From: an uncultured Candidatus Saccharibacteria bacterium
GTDB lineage: Bacteria; Patescibacteriota; Minisyncoccia; Phycocordibacterales; DATDWN01
DNA: 64,000 nt
Direction of reading: 5' to 3'
Assembly (NCBI GenBank): GCA_964391455.1
Contig: CAYMJQ010000002.1
Span: 12,688-76,687, forward strand
The first letter of the stretch is position 1, and every line of letters starts with the position of its first letter. A model generated the notes under the pieces. That model saw only the letters and a program-made list of their open reading frames with translations, was not told the DNA's origin and ran no database searches. Position numbers and translations under genes: made by a program. This document shows, in pieces, positions 56,693 through 64,000 of this stretch.

Positions 56693-56727
56693 ATTTGGAA
56701 ACCAGTAGTTCGCCAAATTTGAGAATT
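56693..56727. repeat. partial inverted copy (D) of the dispersed repeat left arm
   Basis: ttcgccaaatttg is the reverse complement of the caaatttggcgaa start of copy A, and it sits next to aatttggaaacc. Confidence 0.35.
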
Positions 56728-56970
56728 CTATATTAACCCTGCTTTTTTTAGGGTTGCATAGGCTCCGTTTTTCTGAATAGTCTTTATTGCTTCAGTAGAA
56801 ACAGTTAAAGTTATAGATTTTTTAAGTTCAGGTATGTAAATTCTCTTTTTTTGTAGGTTTGGGTAGCGTCTTTTAACACCAGTAGGATTAAACTGGGTTG
56901 CACGTGTTCTGTTTGAGTACCCACCTCCTAATTGAGATGACTTTCCTGTTATGTCACATACTTTTGCCAT
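56728..56970 (-). CDS. rpmB: 50S ribosomal protein L28
   Basis: MAKVCDITGKSSQLGGGYSNRTRATQFNPTGVKRRY… is a canonical L28 sequence. I chose the start at the MAKVCD methionine (56970), not the track's upstream ATG. Confidence 0.8.
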   Translation of the reverse strand: MAKVCDITGKSSQLGGGYSNRTRATQFNPTGVKRRYPNLQKKRIYIPELKKSITLTVSTEAIKTIQKNGAYATLKKAGLI

Positions 56971-57017
56971 AGTGTCGAATATGTTAGCATACATATATTA
57001 AAAAGCAAATTAAATAA

Positions 57018-57626
57018 ATGAATCTGGATTTTATATTTCAAATAGCAATACTTATATTTTCTGTTGTTGTTCATGAGTTTTCTCATGGCTATGCCGCTTA
57101 TAGACTAGGAGATAATACAGCTAAATATGCTGGCAGATTAAACCTAAATCCAATAAATCACTTAGAGCTTTTTGGTTCTTTTTTGTTACCAGCAATGTCT
57201 TATTTATTGGGGGGTTTTATTATTGGTTGGGCAAAACCAGTTCCTTTTAATCCTTATAATTTAAGGAATCAGAGATGGGGCGAGGCAATTGTTGCGTTTG
57301 CTGGTCCACTATCTAATATTCTAATAGCTTTATTTTTCGGAATTCTTATAAGATTAAGTATACTTTCTTCATTGGGTGAATCTTTTCTATATATAGGAAC
57401 AGTTATTGTATTTATAAATTTGATTTTAGCCGTGTTTAACCTTATGCCGATACCGCCTCTAGATGGTTCCAAGATACTTTTCTCTGTTTTGCCTTACAAT
57501 ATGGGCTATGTTAGAAATTGGATGGAACAAAACGGTATATTTATTCTTATTTTCTTCATATTTTTTATGTGGAGATTTATAATACCTTTGGTTGGTTGGG
57601 CTTTTGGTATGATAACTGGGCTTTAA
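57018..57626 (+). CDS. small membrane zinc metalloprotease (site-2 protease/M50-like)
   Basis: HEFSHGYAAY (the HExxH motif) lies inside a TM helix. The protein is 202 aa with 5-6 TM segments. Confidence 0.6.
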   Translation: MNLDFIFQIAILIFSVVVHEFSHGYAAYRLGDNTAKYAGRLNLNPINHLELFGSFLLPAMSYLLGGFIIGWAKPVPFNPYNLRNQRWGEAIVAFAGPLSNILIALFFGILIRLSILSSLGESFLYIGTVIVFINLILAVFNLMPIPPLDGSKILFSVLPYNMGYVRNWMEQNGIFILIFFIFFMWRFIIPLVGWAFGMITGL

Positions 57627-57691
57627 TATTTGCTAGTCATAAGTAGTTGCAATATTATCAAATATATATTAGAGTAACCCTTACGTATATT

Positions 57692-58108
57692 ATGTCGACA
57701 ATAAATCAGTTGGTTAAAAGAAAAAGAAAGAATGTTAAAACAAAGCCAAAAGCTGTGGCTCTTACTCGTGGTTTTAATACTCTTAAAAATAGACCTGTAT
57801 TTTATCCTTCTTCTTTTAAAAGAGGTGTTTGCACAAAAGTAACAACAAAGACTCCTAAAAAACCTAACTCTGCTATTAGAAAAATTGCAAGAGTAAGACT
57901 TTCAAATGGTATGGAGGTTACTGCTTATATTCCAGGTATGGGGCACGGCTTACAGGAACACTCAGTGGTACTACTGAGAGGTGGAAAGGTAAAGGATGTC
58001 GGTATTCGTTACACTATAGTTAGAGGAGTTCTTGATGCTACTGGTGTAGAAAAAAGAATGAAAGGAAGGTCTCGATATGGTGCTAAAAGACCAAAAGCAG
58101 GTAAATAA
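57692..58108 (+). CDS. rpsL: 30S ribosomal protein S12
   Basis: [13 protein letters not shown]…, with the conserved PNSA(I/L)RK motif. I chose the start at the MSTINQ methionine, not the track's upstream ATG. Confidence 0.9.
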   Translation: MSTINQLVKRKRKNVKTKPKAVALTRGFNTLKNRPVFYPSSFKRGVCTKVTTKTPKKPNSAIRKIARVRLSNGMEVTAYIPGMGHGLQEHSVVLLRGGKVKDVGIRYTIVRGVLDATGVEKRMKGRSRYGAKRPKAGK

Positions 58109-58120
58109 ATTTAAATAAAA

Positions 58121-58588
58121 ATGAGAAGAAAAGTTACAAACAGAAATATAGTGGGCAAGGATTTGGAATTCAACTCTGAAAAAGTTGGAAAGTTTATTAA
58201 CTATGTAATGTGGAGAGGTCAAAAAGAAACTGCAAGAGGCATTGTTTATGGTGCTTTTGAAAAAATAAAAGAAAAAACAGGTTCTGATCCTATGGAAGTT
58301 TTTGATACAGCTTTGAAGAATTCAGGCCCTCTAACTGAAGTTAGATCAAGAAGAGTTGGTGGTGCAAACTATCAAATACCTAGAGAAGTAAGACCAGAAA
58401 GAAGATCTTTTCTTGCTATGAAGTGGATAATAGGGGCAGCGAGAGAAGGTAAGGGAGCTTCTATGACTGATAGATTAGCTGATGAAATAATACTAGCTTC
58501 AAAAAACGAAGGTAAGGCAGTTAAGAAAAGAGAAGATACTCACAAGATGGCAGAGGCGAATAAGGCCTTCGCTCACTTCGCCTGGTAG
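58121..58588 (+). CDS. rpsG: 30S ribosomal protein S7
   Basis: [11 protein letters not shown]…[24 protein letters not shown]-like sequence; 155 aa. Confidence 0.9.
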   Translation: [155 protein letters not shown]

Positions 58589-58760
58589 TTTTTACTGTCT
58601 TTTTGCCGTACTCCTTTGTCGCAAACTCCGCTCGTTCTCGCGGAGTATTTTTATACACCTTGGTCACGATGCTCGTTTGCTTCGCGGATTACCGCAAAAA
58701 TCCTAGTAAAAACAAATCTTTACTTTTTTATTTTTTTTGGTAGTTTTCTTTTAGGAGGTG

Positions 58761-59114
58761 ATGATGAAAACCGAAATTGCAAGATTGCTTGAAGAAAAAA
58801 GGGTAGAGCGAGGGGAAACCAAAGGGGAGTTTAGTAAGTTCCTGGGTTTTTCTGTCTCTATGTATGATCAAGTTTTGAATGGCACAAGAACTCTGCCCAA
58901 GAAATACTCAGTTCGTGTGTCCGAAGTCATCAATATCCCGGCTGATCGAGTTATGTTTCTTTCAAAACTCGGTAGAAGGGCTTTGTTGTCTGACCATGAA
59001 ATTACGGGTGATGAGCTAAGGTATCTTGCTGGCATCGCAGATGCTGCAGGGTCTCCTGTCCGACTTTCTTTGCTTCTTGAACATCTGGAACATTATCCCA
59101 AAAGAACCACATGA
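58761..59114 (+). CDS. GC-shifted XRE-like helix-turn-helix protein inserted between rpsG and fusA
   Basis: An AGGAGGTG SD. The start is MMKTEIARLLEEKRVERGETKGEFSKFLGFSVSMYDQVLNGTRTLP…, with a predicted HTH at residues ~20-45. A terminator lies upstream (58636-58665) and downstream (59101-59134). Confidence 0.5.
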   Translation: MMKTEIARLLEEKRVERGETKGEFSKFLGFSVSMYDQVLNGTRTLPKKYSVRVSEVINIPADRVMFLSKLGRRALLSDHEITGDELRYLAGIADAAGSPVRLSLLLEHLEHYPKRTT

Positions 59115-59134
59115 ATATTGTGTGGTTCTTTTCG
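59101..59134 (+). terminator. intrinsic terminator
   Basis: The sequence aagaaccaca-tgaatat-tgtggttctt is followed by ttcgttt. Confidence 0.6.
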
Positions 59135-59228
59135 TTTGCTCAAAAGTGATTTTTGGTATATAGTTTTCGTTGAATTAGCCAAACGGCTTTTTTCTTTACT
59201 TTAGCAAAATTAACAATTAAAAATTATT

Positions 59229-61370
59229 ATGAATCGGGATTATACATTGGATAAAGTTAGAAACTTTGGAATCATTGCTCACATTGATGCTGGCAAGACA
59301 ACAACCTCTGAAAGAGTTCTTTTCTATACAGGAATGACTCACAAAATAGGTGAGGTGCATGAAGGAGAGACAGTTACAGATTGGATGGAACAAGAAAGAG
59401 AAAGAGGTATCACTATTACTGCTGCCGCTATTACTTGTTTCTGGAATCCTACATATATGCCAAAGGGGGCAAAACCAGAATACCGTTTTAATATTATTGA
59501 TACTCCTGGTCACATAGACTTTACAGCTGAAGTAAAGAGAAGTTTGAGAGTTCTAGACGGTGCGGTTGTGGTTTTTGATGGTGTTGCTGGAGTAGAGCCA
59601 CAATCAGAAACAAACTGGAGATATGCAGATGATGGAAATGTACCAAGAATTTGTTTTATAAATAAACTAGATAGAACGGGGGCGTCTTTTGAAAGATCAT
59701 ATGCTTCTATTTTAGACAGACTTACAAAAAATGCAGTTAGAGTCCAGATCCCTATTGGTCTTGAAGATAAATTTGAAGGAGTTATTGACCTTTTGAAAAT
59801 GAAGGCTTTCTACTTTGAGGGGAATATGGGTATGAATATTAAAGAGGATGAAATCCCAGCAGAATACTTAGATGAAGCTAAAAAATATAGAGCAGAGCTT
59901 GTTGAAAAAATAGTTGAGCATGATGATGAGCTTATGACAGCTTATCTTGACGGAAAAGAACCTTCACTAGAAGATATGAAAAAAACTCTAAGAAAGGCGA
60001 CTTTGGCGGTTAAACTAGTTCCGGTTTTTGCTGGTTCAGCTTTAAAAAACAAGGGAGTTCAATTGGTTTTGGATGGTGTGGTAGATTACTTGCCTTCACC
60101 TATAGATATTCCTCCTGTTCACGGTGTTGATCCAAAAACAAATGAAGAAATATATAGAAAATCTTCTGATACAGAACCATTTGCAGCTCTTGCTTTCAAA
60201 CTTCAAAACGATCCATTCGTAGGACAGCTCACTTTCTTTAGAGTTTATTCTGGGACTATTGAGGCTGGTACATATGTATATAACGCTACTACTGGCGAGA
60301 AAGAGCGTCTAGGAAGAATTGTAAGACTCCAAGCTGATAAAAGAGAAGAGGTTAAAAAAGTTTTTGCTGGTGAGATTGCTGCAGCTGTAGGTTTAAAATC
60401 TGCTAAAACATCTCACACTTTATGTGATGAAAATAATCCTATAATTCTCGATCCTATTAAATTCGTTGCTCCTGTGGTTTCTTTGCGTGTTGAACCAAAA
60501 ACAAAAGCAGACCAAGAGAAAATGGGTATGGCTCTTAAAAAACTTTCTGATGAAGATCCAACTTTCGTTATTTCTTCAAACAATGAAACAGGAGAATCTA
60601 TAATTTCTGGTATGGGTGAACTTCATCTTGAAATTATGGTTGATCGTATGAAAAGAGAATTTGGTGTAGATGTAAATGTAGGCAAGCCTCAGGTTGCTTA
60701 TAGAGAAACTATTTTGGGTGAAGCTGAGGCAGAACATAAATACATAAAACAAACTGGTGGTAAGGGACAATATGGTCACGTAAAACTTACAATCAAACCA
60801 ATGCAACCTTTAGTGGAGGGTGAAAAGATTCCAAAAAATGTTAAGAGATATGAGGATTTTGAATTTATCGACAATATTAAAGGAGGTGTTATCCCACAAG
60901 AATTTATACCTGCTGTTGAGAAGGGAGTTTATGAAGCAATGGAGAGAGGGATTGTTGCTGGTTACAAAATGGTAAATGTTTCTTGCGATTTAACTTTTGG
61001 TTCATACCATGATGTCGACTCATCTGAAATCGCTTACAAAATTGCAGCATCTCAAGCTTTTCAAGAGGCTGCCAAAAAAGCTAGACCTGTTATCTTAGAG
61101 CCTATTATGAAAGTTGAAGCAATAATGCCAGAACAATTCATGGGTGATGTTACAGGTTCACTATCTGGAAAGAGAGGGCAAATAGAAGGGATGGCAGAAA
61201 GAGGAATGCTTAGAGTTATTCATGCAAAAGTTCCACTGTCTGAAATGTTTGGTTATACAACAGATATTCGTTCTATGACACAAGGAAGAGGAAGTGTGCA
61301 AATGGAGTTTGATCATTATGAAGTGGTACCACCAAACGTTGAGAAGCAAATTGTAGAAAGTAGAAAATAA
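59229..61370 (+). CDS. fusA: translation elongation factor G
   Basis: [15 protein letters not shown]…, the DTPGHIDF motif, the full five-domain architecture and a 713-aa length. Confidence 0.95.
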   Translation: MNRDYTLDKVRNFGIIAHIDAGKTTTSERVLFYTGMTHKIGEVHEGETVTDWMEQERERGITITAAAITCFWNPTYMPKGAKPEYRFNIIDTPGHIDFTAEVKRSLRVLDGAVVVFDGVAGVEPQSETNWRYADDGNVPRICFINKLDRTGASFERSYASILDRLTKNAVRVQIPIGLEDKFEGVIDLLKMKAFYFEGNMGMNIKEDEIPAEYLDEAKKYRAELVEKIVEHDDELMTAYLDGKEPSLEDMKKTLRKATLAVKLVPVFAGSALKNKGVQLVLDGVVDYLPSPIDIPPVHGVDPKTNEEIYRKSSDTEPFAALAFKLQNDPFVGQLTFFRVYSGTIEAGTYVYNATTGEKERLGRIVRLQADKREEVKKVFAGEIAAAVGLKSAKTSHTLCDENNPIILDPIKFVAPVVSLRVEPKTKADQEKMGMALKKLSDEDPTFVISSNNETGESIISGMGELHLEIMVDRMKREFGVDVNVGKPQVAYRETILGEAEAEHKYIKQTGGKGQYGHVKLTIKPMQPLVEGEKIPKNVKRYEDFEFIDNIKGGVIPQEFIPAVEKGVYEAMERGIVAGYKMVNVSCDLTFGSYHDVDSSEIAYKIAASQAFQEAAKKARPVILEPIMKVEAIMPEQFMGDVTGSLSGKRGQIEGMAERGMLRVIHAKVPLSEMFGYTTDIRSMTQGRGSVQMEFDHYEVVPPNVEKQIVESRK

Positions 61371-61373
61371 AAA

Positions 61374-61407
61374 ACAAAACCTCACAAAAGTGAGGTTTTG
61401 TTTTTTT
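61374..61407 (+). terminator. intrinsic terminator after fusA
   Basis: The sequence aaaacctcac-aaaa-gtgaggtttt is followed by gttttttt. Confidence 0.65.
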
Positions 61408-61476
61408 ATTCACATTTTATCCAGATATTTCTATAAATTATTTGATAGTAATTCTTCTACAAGATATAATGTATCT

Positions 61477-64000
61477 ATGAGTATTTCTACTTCTGAAAGT
61501 AATTTTCTAAATACTGATAAAAAAAACACAGGAACTTCTAATCAAGATTTTATTGATTTACCATTGAATATTCCTGATGATAAAAGTAAGGGTTATGTTG
61601 GCTATCTTGATATTTTACATAGACAACTAGATGATGAAGAAAAAAGAAAATTAGATAATAAACCTAGTCCTGTTGAAAGTGTTTCTGGAGATCAAGGTAA
61701 TCCGGAAAATAAAAATGATTTAGATTTGGAAGGTGGAGTTGTAGAAGCAATGAATGAAGGAAATTTTGATCTTGCGCTGGATTTAGTAAATAAAATAGAA
61801 AGTGAAGAAGTGTTACATAGGGTAGTAGAAAAAGTAGTAGAACAACTTGTAAAAGAGAAAGAATTTTCTGTTGCAAAAAAGTTTCTTCGAACAATTCACA
61901 ATATGGATTTTTATAATCAACAACTCAGTATTGTTTTAGAAAATCAAAGAGTTTATTTGGATCAAGGAAATGATGGATCTGCAGAAGCTGTTTCAGGTGA
62001 TGATGAAGAAGTTGCAAATAAGGTTGAAATAAAAAAACCAGAACAAGTTGAAAATAAAATAGAACCAGATTTAAAAACAGAAGTCATTTCTGATGATGAT
62101 TATGAAAATTTTGTAAAAACAGGTGATGTTCCGGGTGATGTACTTGTAAATATTGCAAATAGAATAGCAAACACGGGGTCAATTACAGATAGAGAAAGAG
62201 CCATATATGAAATTTATGGAGAGAAAATCGAACAATTACTTAGAAACAGAAAGGGAGAATCTACTCCGGATGATGAAGTTCTGGATAGCTCCATTAATTC
62301 AGCAAGTGGTTTAGAAAACCCTCCAGAGCAAGAAAAAATAAAATTAAATCCAGATGAATCTAGTTCAGGTATTCAAGATATAAAAGATGCAACAATAGCT
62401 CCTGCTCCAGAAAATATTCCTAATTCAAATGAAGAAATCGATGCAAACCTTGAAAAAGCTAGAAGCGAATACGCCAATCAGTTGGTTATTTGGAAAAATA
62501 GTATAAGAGAAAAAAAGAGTAAATTCAGAAAAGTTTTGCAAGATTTGGGTGTAGATAAGCAACTCCCACCAGAAGAAGAACCAGTTGAACTAGTTGAAGC
62601 GAGAAGACTCTATATAGAAGCAAAAAAGGCAAAAAACAAAGACTTAATTGGAGTTATTTTTGATGTGCCTAATCAAAGTCAAAAGCCTTTAGGTATTGCT
62701 GTAGAAGAAATGAATTCTAAAAAAGAACAACTCCTATCTTCTATAGAGTCTGAAAATTCAGAATTAGAAAAAAGATTGATGGAGAATATTCCTCCTCTAG
62801 AAAGAGGTATTTTGGGTAAGGCCTTTGATAAATGGAGAGCGATGCCTCGCTATCAGAGAATAGCTATAAGCTCCAGTCTTGCTTTTACTGCTGGTCTTGC
62901 TTCAGGTCTTGGTTTAGGAAGTGCAGCTGTATATGGAGGTATGAGGGCTGGTAGGGCGGTAGCTGGGGCGGTTTTGTCACAAGGCGCTGGTAAAACACTC
63001 GATACTTTTTATGGCAAGAAAAATAGAGATAACAAAGACCAAGTTTTTGAAAATTATGCAAAACAAATAAATTTGGATAATTTCGAACAGAAAGAAAAAG
63101 AAATGATGGCTTTTCTTGACAAACAAAAAGATGAAAGAAAAAGACAAATATTAAAAAAAGGCTTGGTAATGGCTGCTGTTGCTGGAGCAAGTAATTTGGG
63201 TGTTGGGGGTGGAGGAGGGACAGATATTCCTGATAACATAAATCCAACTCCAGGTGTATCTGGGTCAATAGGCAATACTGTTGAAAACACTGGTGTGACT
63301 TCTGATTTGATGGAAAAACCAGAAGTACTAGACGCAAAATCTAATCTAGATAATTTAGTGGAATCGAAATCTCCCGTTTTAAATGAATCACCTGGTATTT
63401 TAGAGACAAAAGTAGAACTTTCTTCTAAAGGTTTTATTCAGGATATGCATAATTTGAAAGCAAATATTTTAGCAGAATACGGTGGAGAGCCTCCAGAGAC
63501 TTTAAATCAAATAATGAATAAAACTCCTATTGAACTTGCAAAAGCTTTTCATTTTTATGATCCAGAAACAAATGCTACTGGATTAGGTTTTAAGGGTGAG
63601 TCTATTGGTTTGGATAGCACAGGTAATGTTTACTATGAACATTTAGATGGTACGAAGCAAATTATTTTCGATGCAAAAACCGGAGAATTTCACCATTTTG
63701 ATGGTGAAATGGTTGTGAAAAATGCTCCAGATGTACAGTTATACCCAAATGGAAAAATTGGTGATGATATAACTCCTGTAAATTTTGAGAAAAACCCTTC
63801 ATTAGAAGATCCATTTTCTGTAAACAGATCAAATGTTAGTTTTATACCACAAGATGTAGTAAGTCAGACCGATTTACCAGAGAAAGTTAATATTTCTTAT
63901 GAAGAGCCTTTGGTAACAAACACAGATCTTCGCCCAGAAGAAGTTTTGATGAATACTGAATCAGTATTGAAGGAGGCAAGTGTTCCACCTTTGCGCCATA
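61477..64000 (+). CDS. very large hypothetical protein (>840 aa, runs off window end), acidic and low-complexity with two Gly/Ala-rich hydrophobic segments
   Basis: Reading this frame from the ATG at 61477 to the window end, I found no stop codon. It is not in the ORF track because it is open-ended. It contains …SSLAFTAGLASGLGLGSAAVYGGMRAGRAVAGAVL… and …GLVMAAVAGASNLGVGGGGG…. Confidence 0.5.
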   Translation, partial: MSISTSESNFLNTDKKNTGTSNQDFIDLPLNIPDDKSKGYVGYLDILHRQLDDEEKRKLDNKPSPVESVSGDQGNPENKNDLDLEGGVVEAMNEGNFDLALDLVNKIESEEVLHRVVEKVVEQLVKEKEFSVAKKFLRTIHNMDFYNQQLSIVLENQRVYLDQGNDGSAEAVSGDDEEVANKVEIKKPEQVENKIEPDLKTEVISDDDYENFVKTGDVPGDVLVNIANRIANTGSITDRERAIYEIYGEKIEQLLRNRKGESTPDDEVLDSSINSASGLENPPEQEKIKLNPDESSSGIQDIKDATIAPAPENIPNSNEEIDANLEKARSEYANQLVIWKNSIREKKSKFRKVLQDLGVDKQLPPEEEPVELVEARRLYIEAKKAKNKDLIGVIFDVPNQSQKPLGIAVEEMNSKKEQLLSSIESENSELEKRLMENIPPLERGILGKAFDKWRAMPRYQRIAISSSLAFTAGLASGLGLGSAAVYGGMRAGRAVAGAVLSQGAGKTLDTFYGKKNRDNKDQVFENYAKQINLDNFEQKEKEMMAFLDKQKDERKRQILKKGLVMAAVAGASNLGVGGGGGTDIPDNINPTPGVSGSIGNTVENTGVTSDLMEKPEVLDAKSNLDNLVESKSPVLNESPGILETKVELSSKGFIQDMHNLKANILAEYGGEPPETLNQIMNKTPIELAKAFHFYDPETNATGLGFKGESIGLDSTGNVYYEHLDGTKQIIFDAKTGEFHHFDGEMVVKNAPDVQLYPNGKIGDDITPVNFEKNPSLEDPFSVNRSNVSFIPQDVVSQTDLPEKVNISYEEPLVTNTDLRPEEVLMNTESVLKEASVPPLRH

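Noticed and set aside
1-64000. Alternative genetic code (UGA recoding, as in some CPR lineages)
   Set aside because: Long conserved genes (fusA, pcrA, virB4, nusA) are intact under the standard code. The tRNA-Gly anticodons found are the standard UCC and GCC, and no UCA-anticodon tRNA is present in the window.
1-64000. CRISPR arrays, rRNA genes, IS transposases
   Set aside because: I found no regularly spaced direct repeats with unique spacers, no rRNA-like conserved blocks and no DDE-transposase-like ORFs. The only recombinase is the XerC/D-type gene at 23686.

Overview
The window is AT-rich, with small compact genes and almost no Shine-Dalgarno (SD) motifs upstream of host genes. It starts with the origin-proximal trio rpmH-rnpA-yidC and carries four tRNAs (Arg-UCG, Gly-GCC, Pro-UGG, Gly-UCC). 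This profile fits a reduced-genome Patescibacteria/CPR-like bacterium using the standard genetic code. Housekeeping genes present: ksgA, pcrA/uvrD, comM/yifB, rpsO, xerC/D, xth, cca, hup, rny, clpP, rsmE, tig, ppa, nusA, tpiA, pgk, HIT, recJ, rnhA, a split comEC with an intervening sod, rpmB, rpsL-rpsG-fusA, and a LysM-M23 peptidase. Three accessory layers stand out. (1) A minus-strand, tightly coupled operon at 1359..13497 encodes a Gram-positive-type type IV secretion/conjugation-like apparatus. It has a VirB4 ATPase split into two cistrons, a PrgI/VirB3-like protein, a VirB6-like polytopic protein with a long coiled-coil tail, a VirB2-like pilin hairpin fused to a Cys-rich domain, and several secreted proteins. 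No VirD4 or relaxase is seen. A UbiA-prenyltransferase fusion protein lies next to it. (2) A separate type IV pilus/T2SS-like operon (pilB, pilC, three prepilin-type proteins) lies at 39.8-47.0 kb. (3) At least five loci carry visibly GC-rich mini-cassettes. Each has a near-consensus sigma70 promoter, a canonical AGGAGG-type SD and a perfect intrinsic terminator. They sit in host intergenic regions (23.3 kb, 28.8 kb, 49.2 kb, 56.1-56.6 kb, 58.8 kb) and contrast with the SD-less host genes. Two encode toxin-like small membrane peptides and one an XRE-type HTH protein. Other features: an ~85-bp dispersed hairpin-containing intergenic repeat family, direct and inverted copies of the tRNA-Gly(UCC) 3' end flanking a structured ~150-bp element, a triple-palindrome operator region upstream of a YraN-like/HNH/zinc-ribbon island beside tRNA-Pro, and several GC-elevated intergenic candidate small RNAs. 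One of these (52.1 kb) has a textbook promoter and terminator. I found no rRNA, CRISPR array or transposase.
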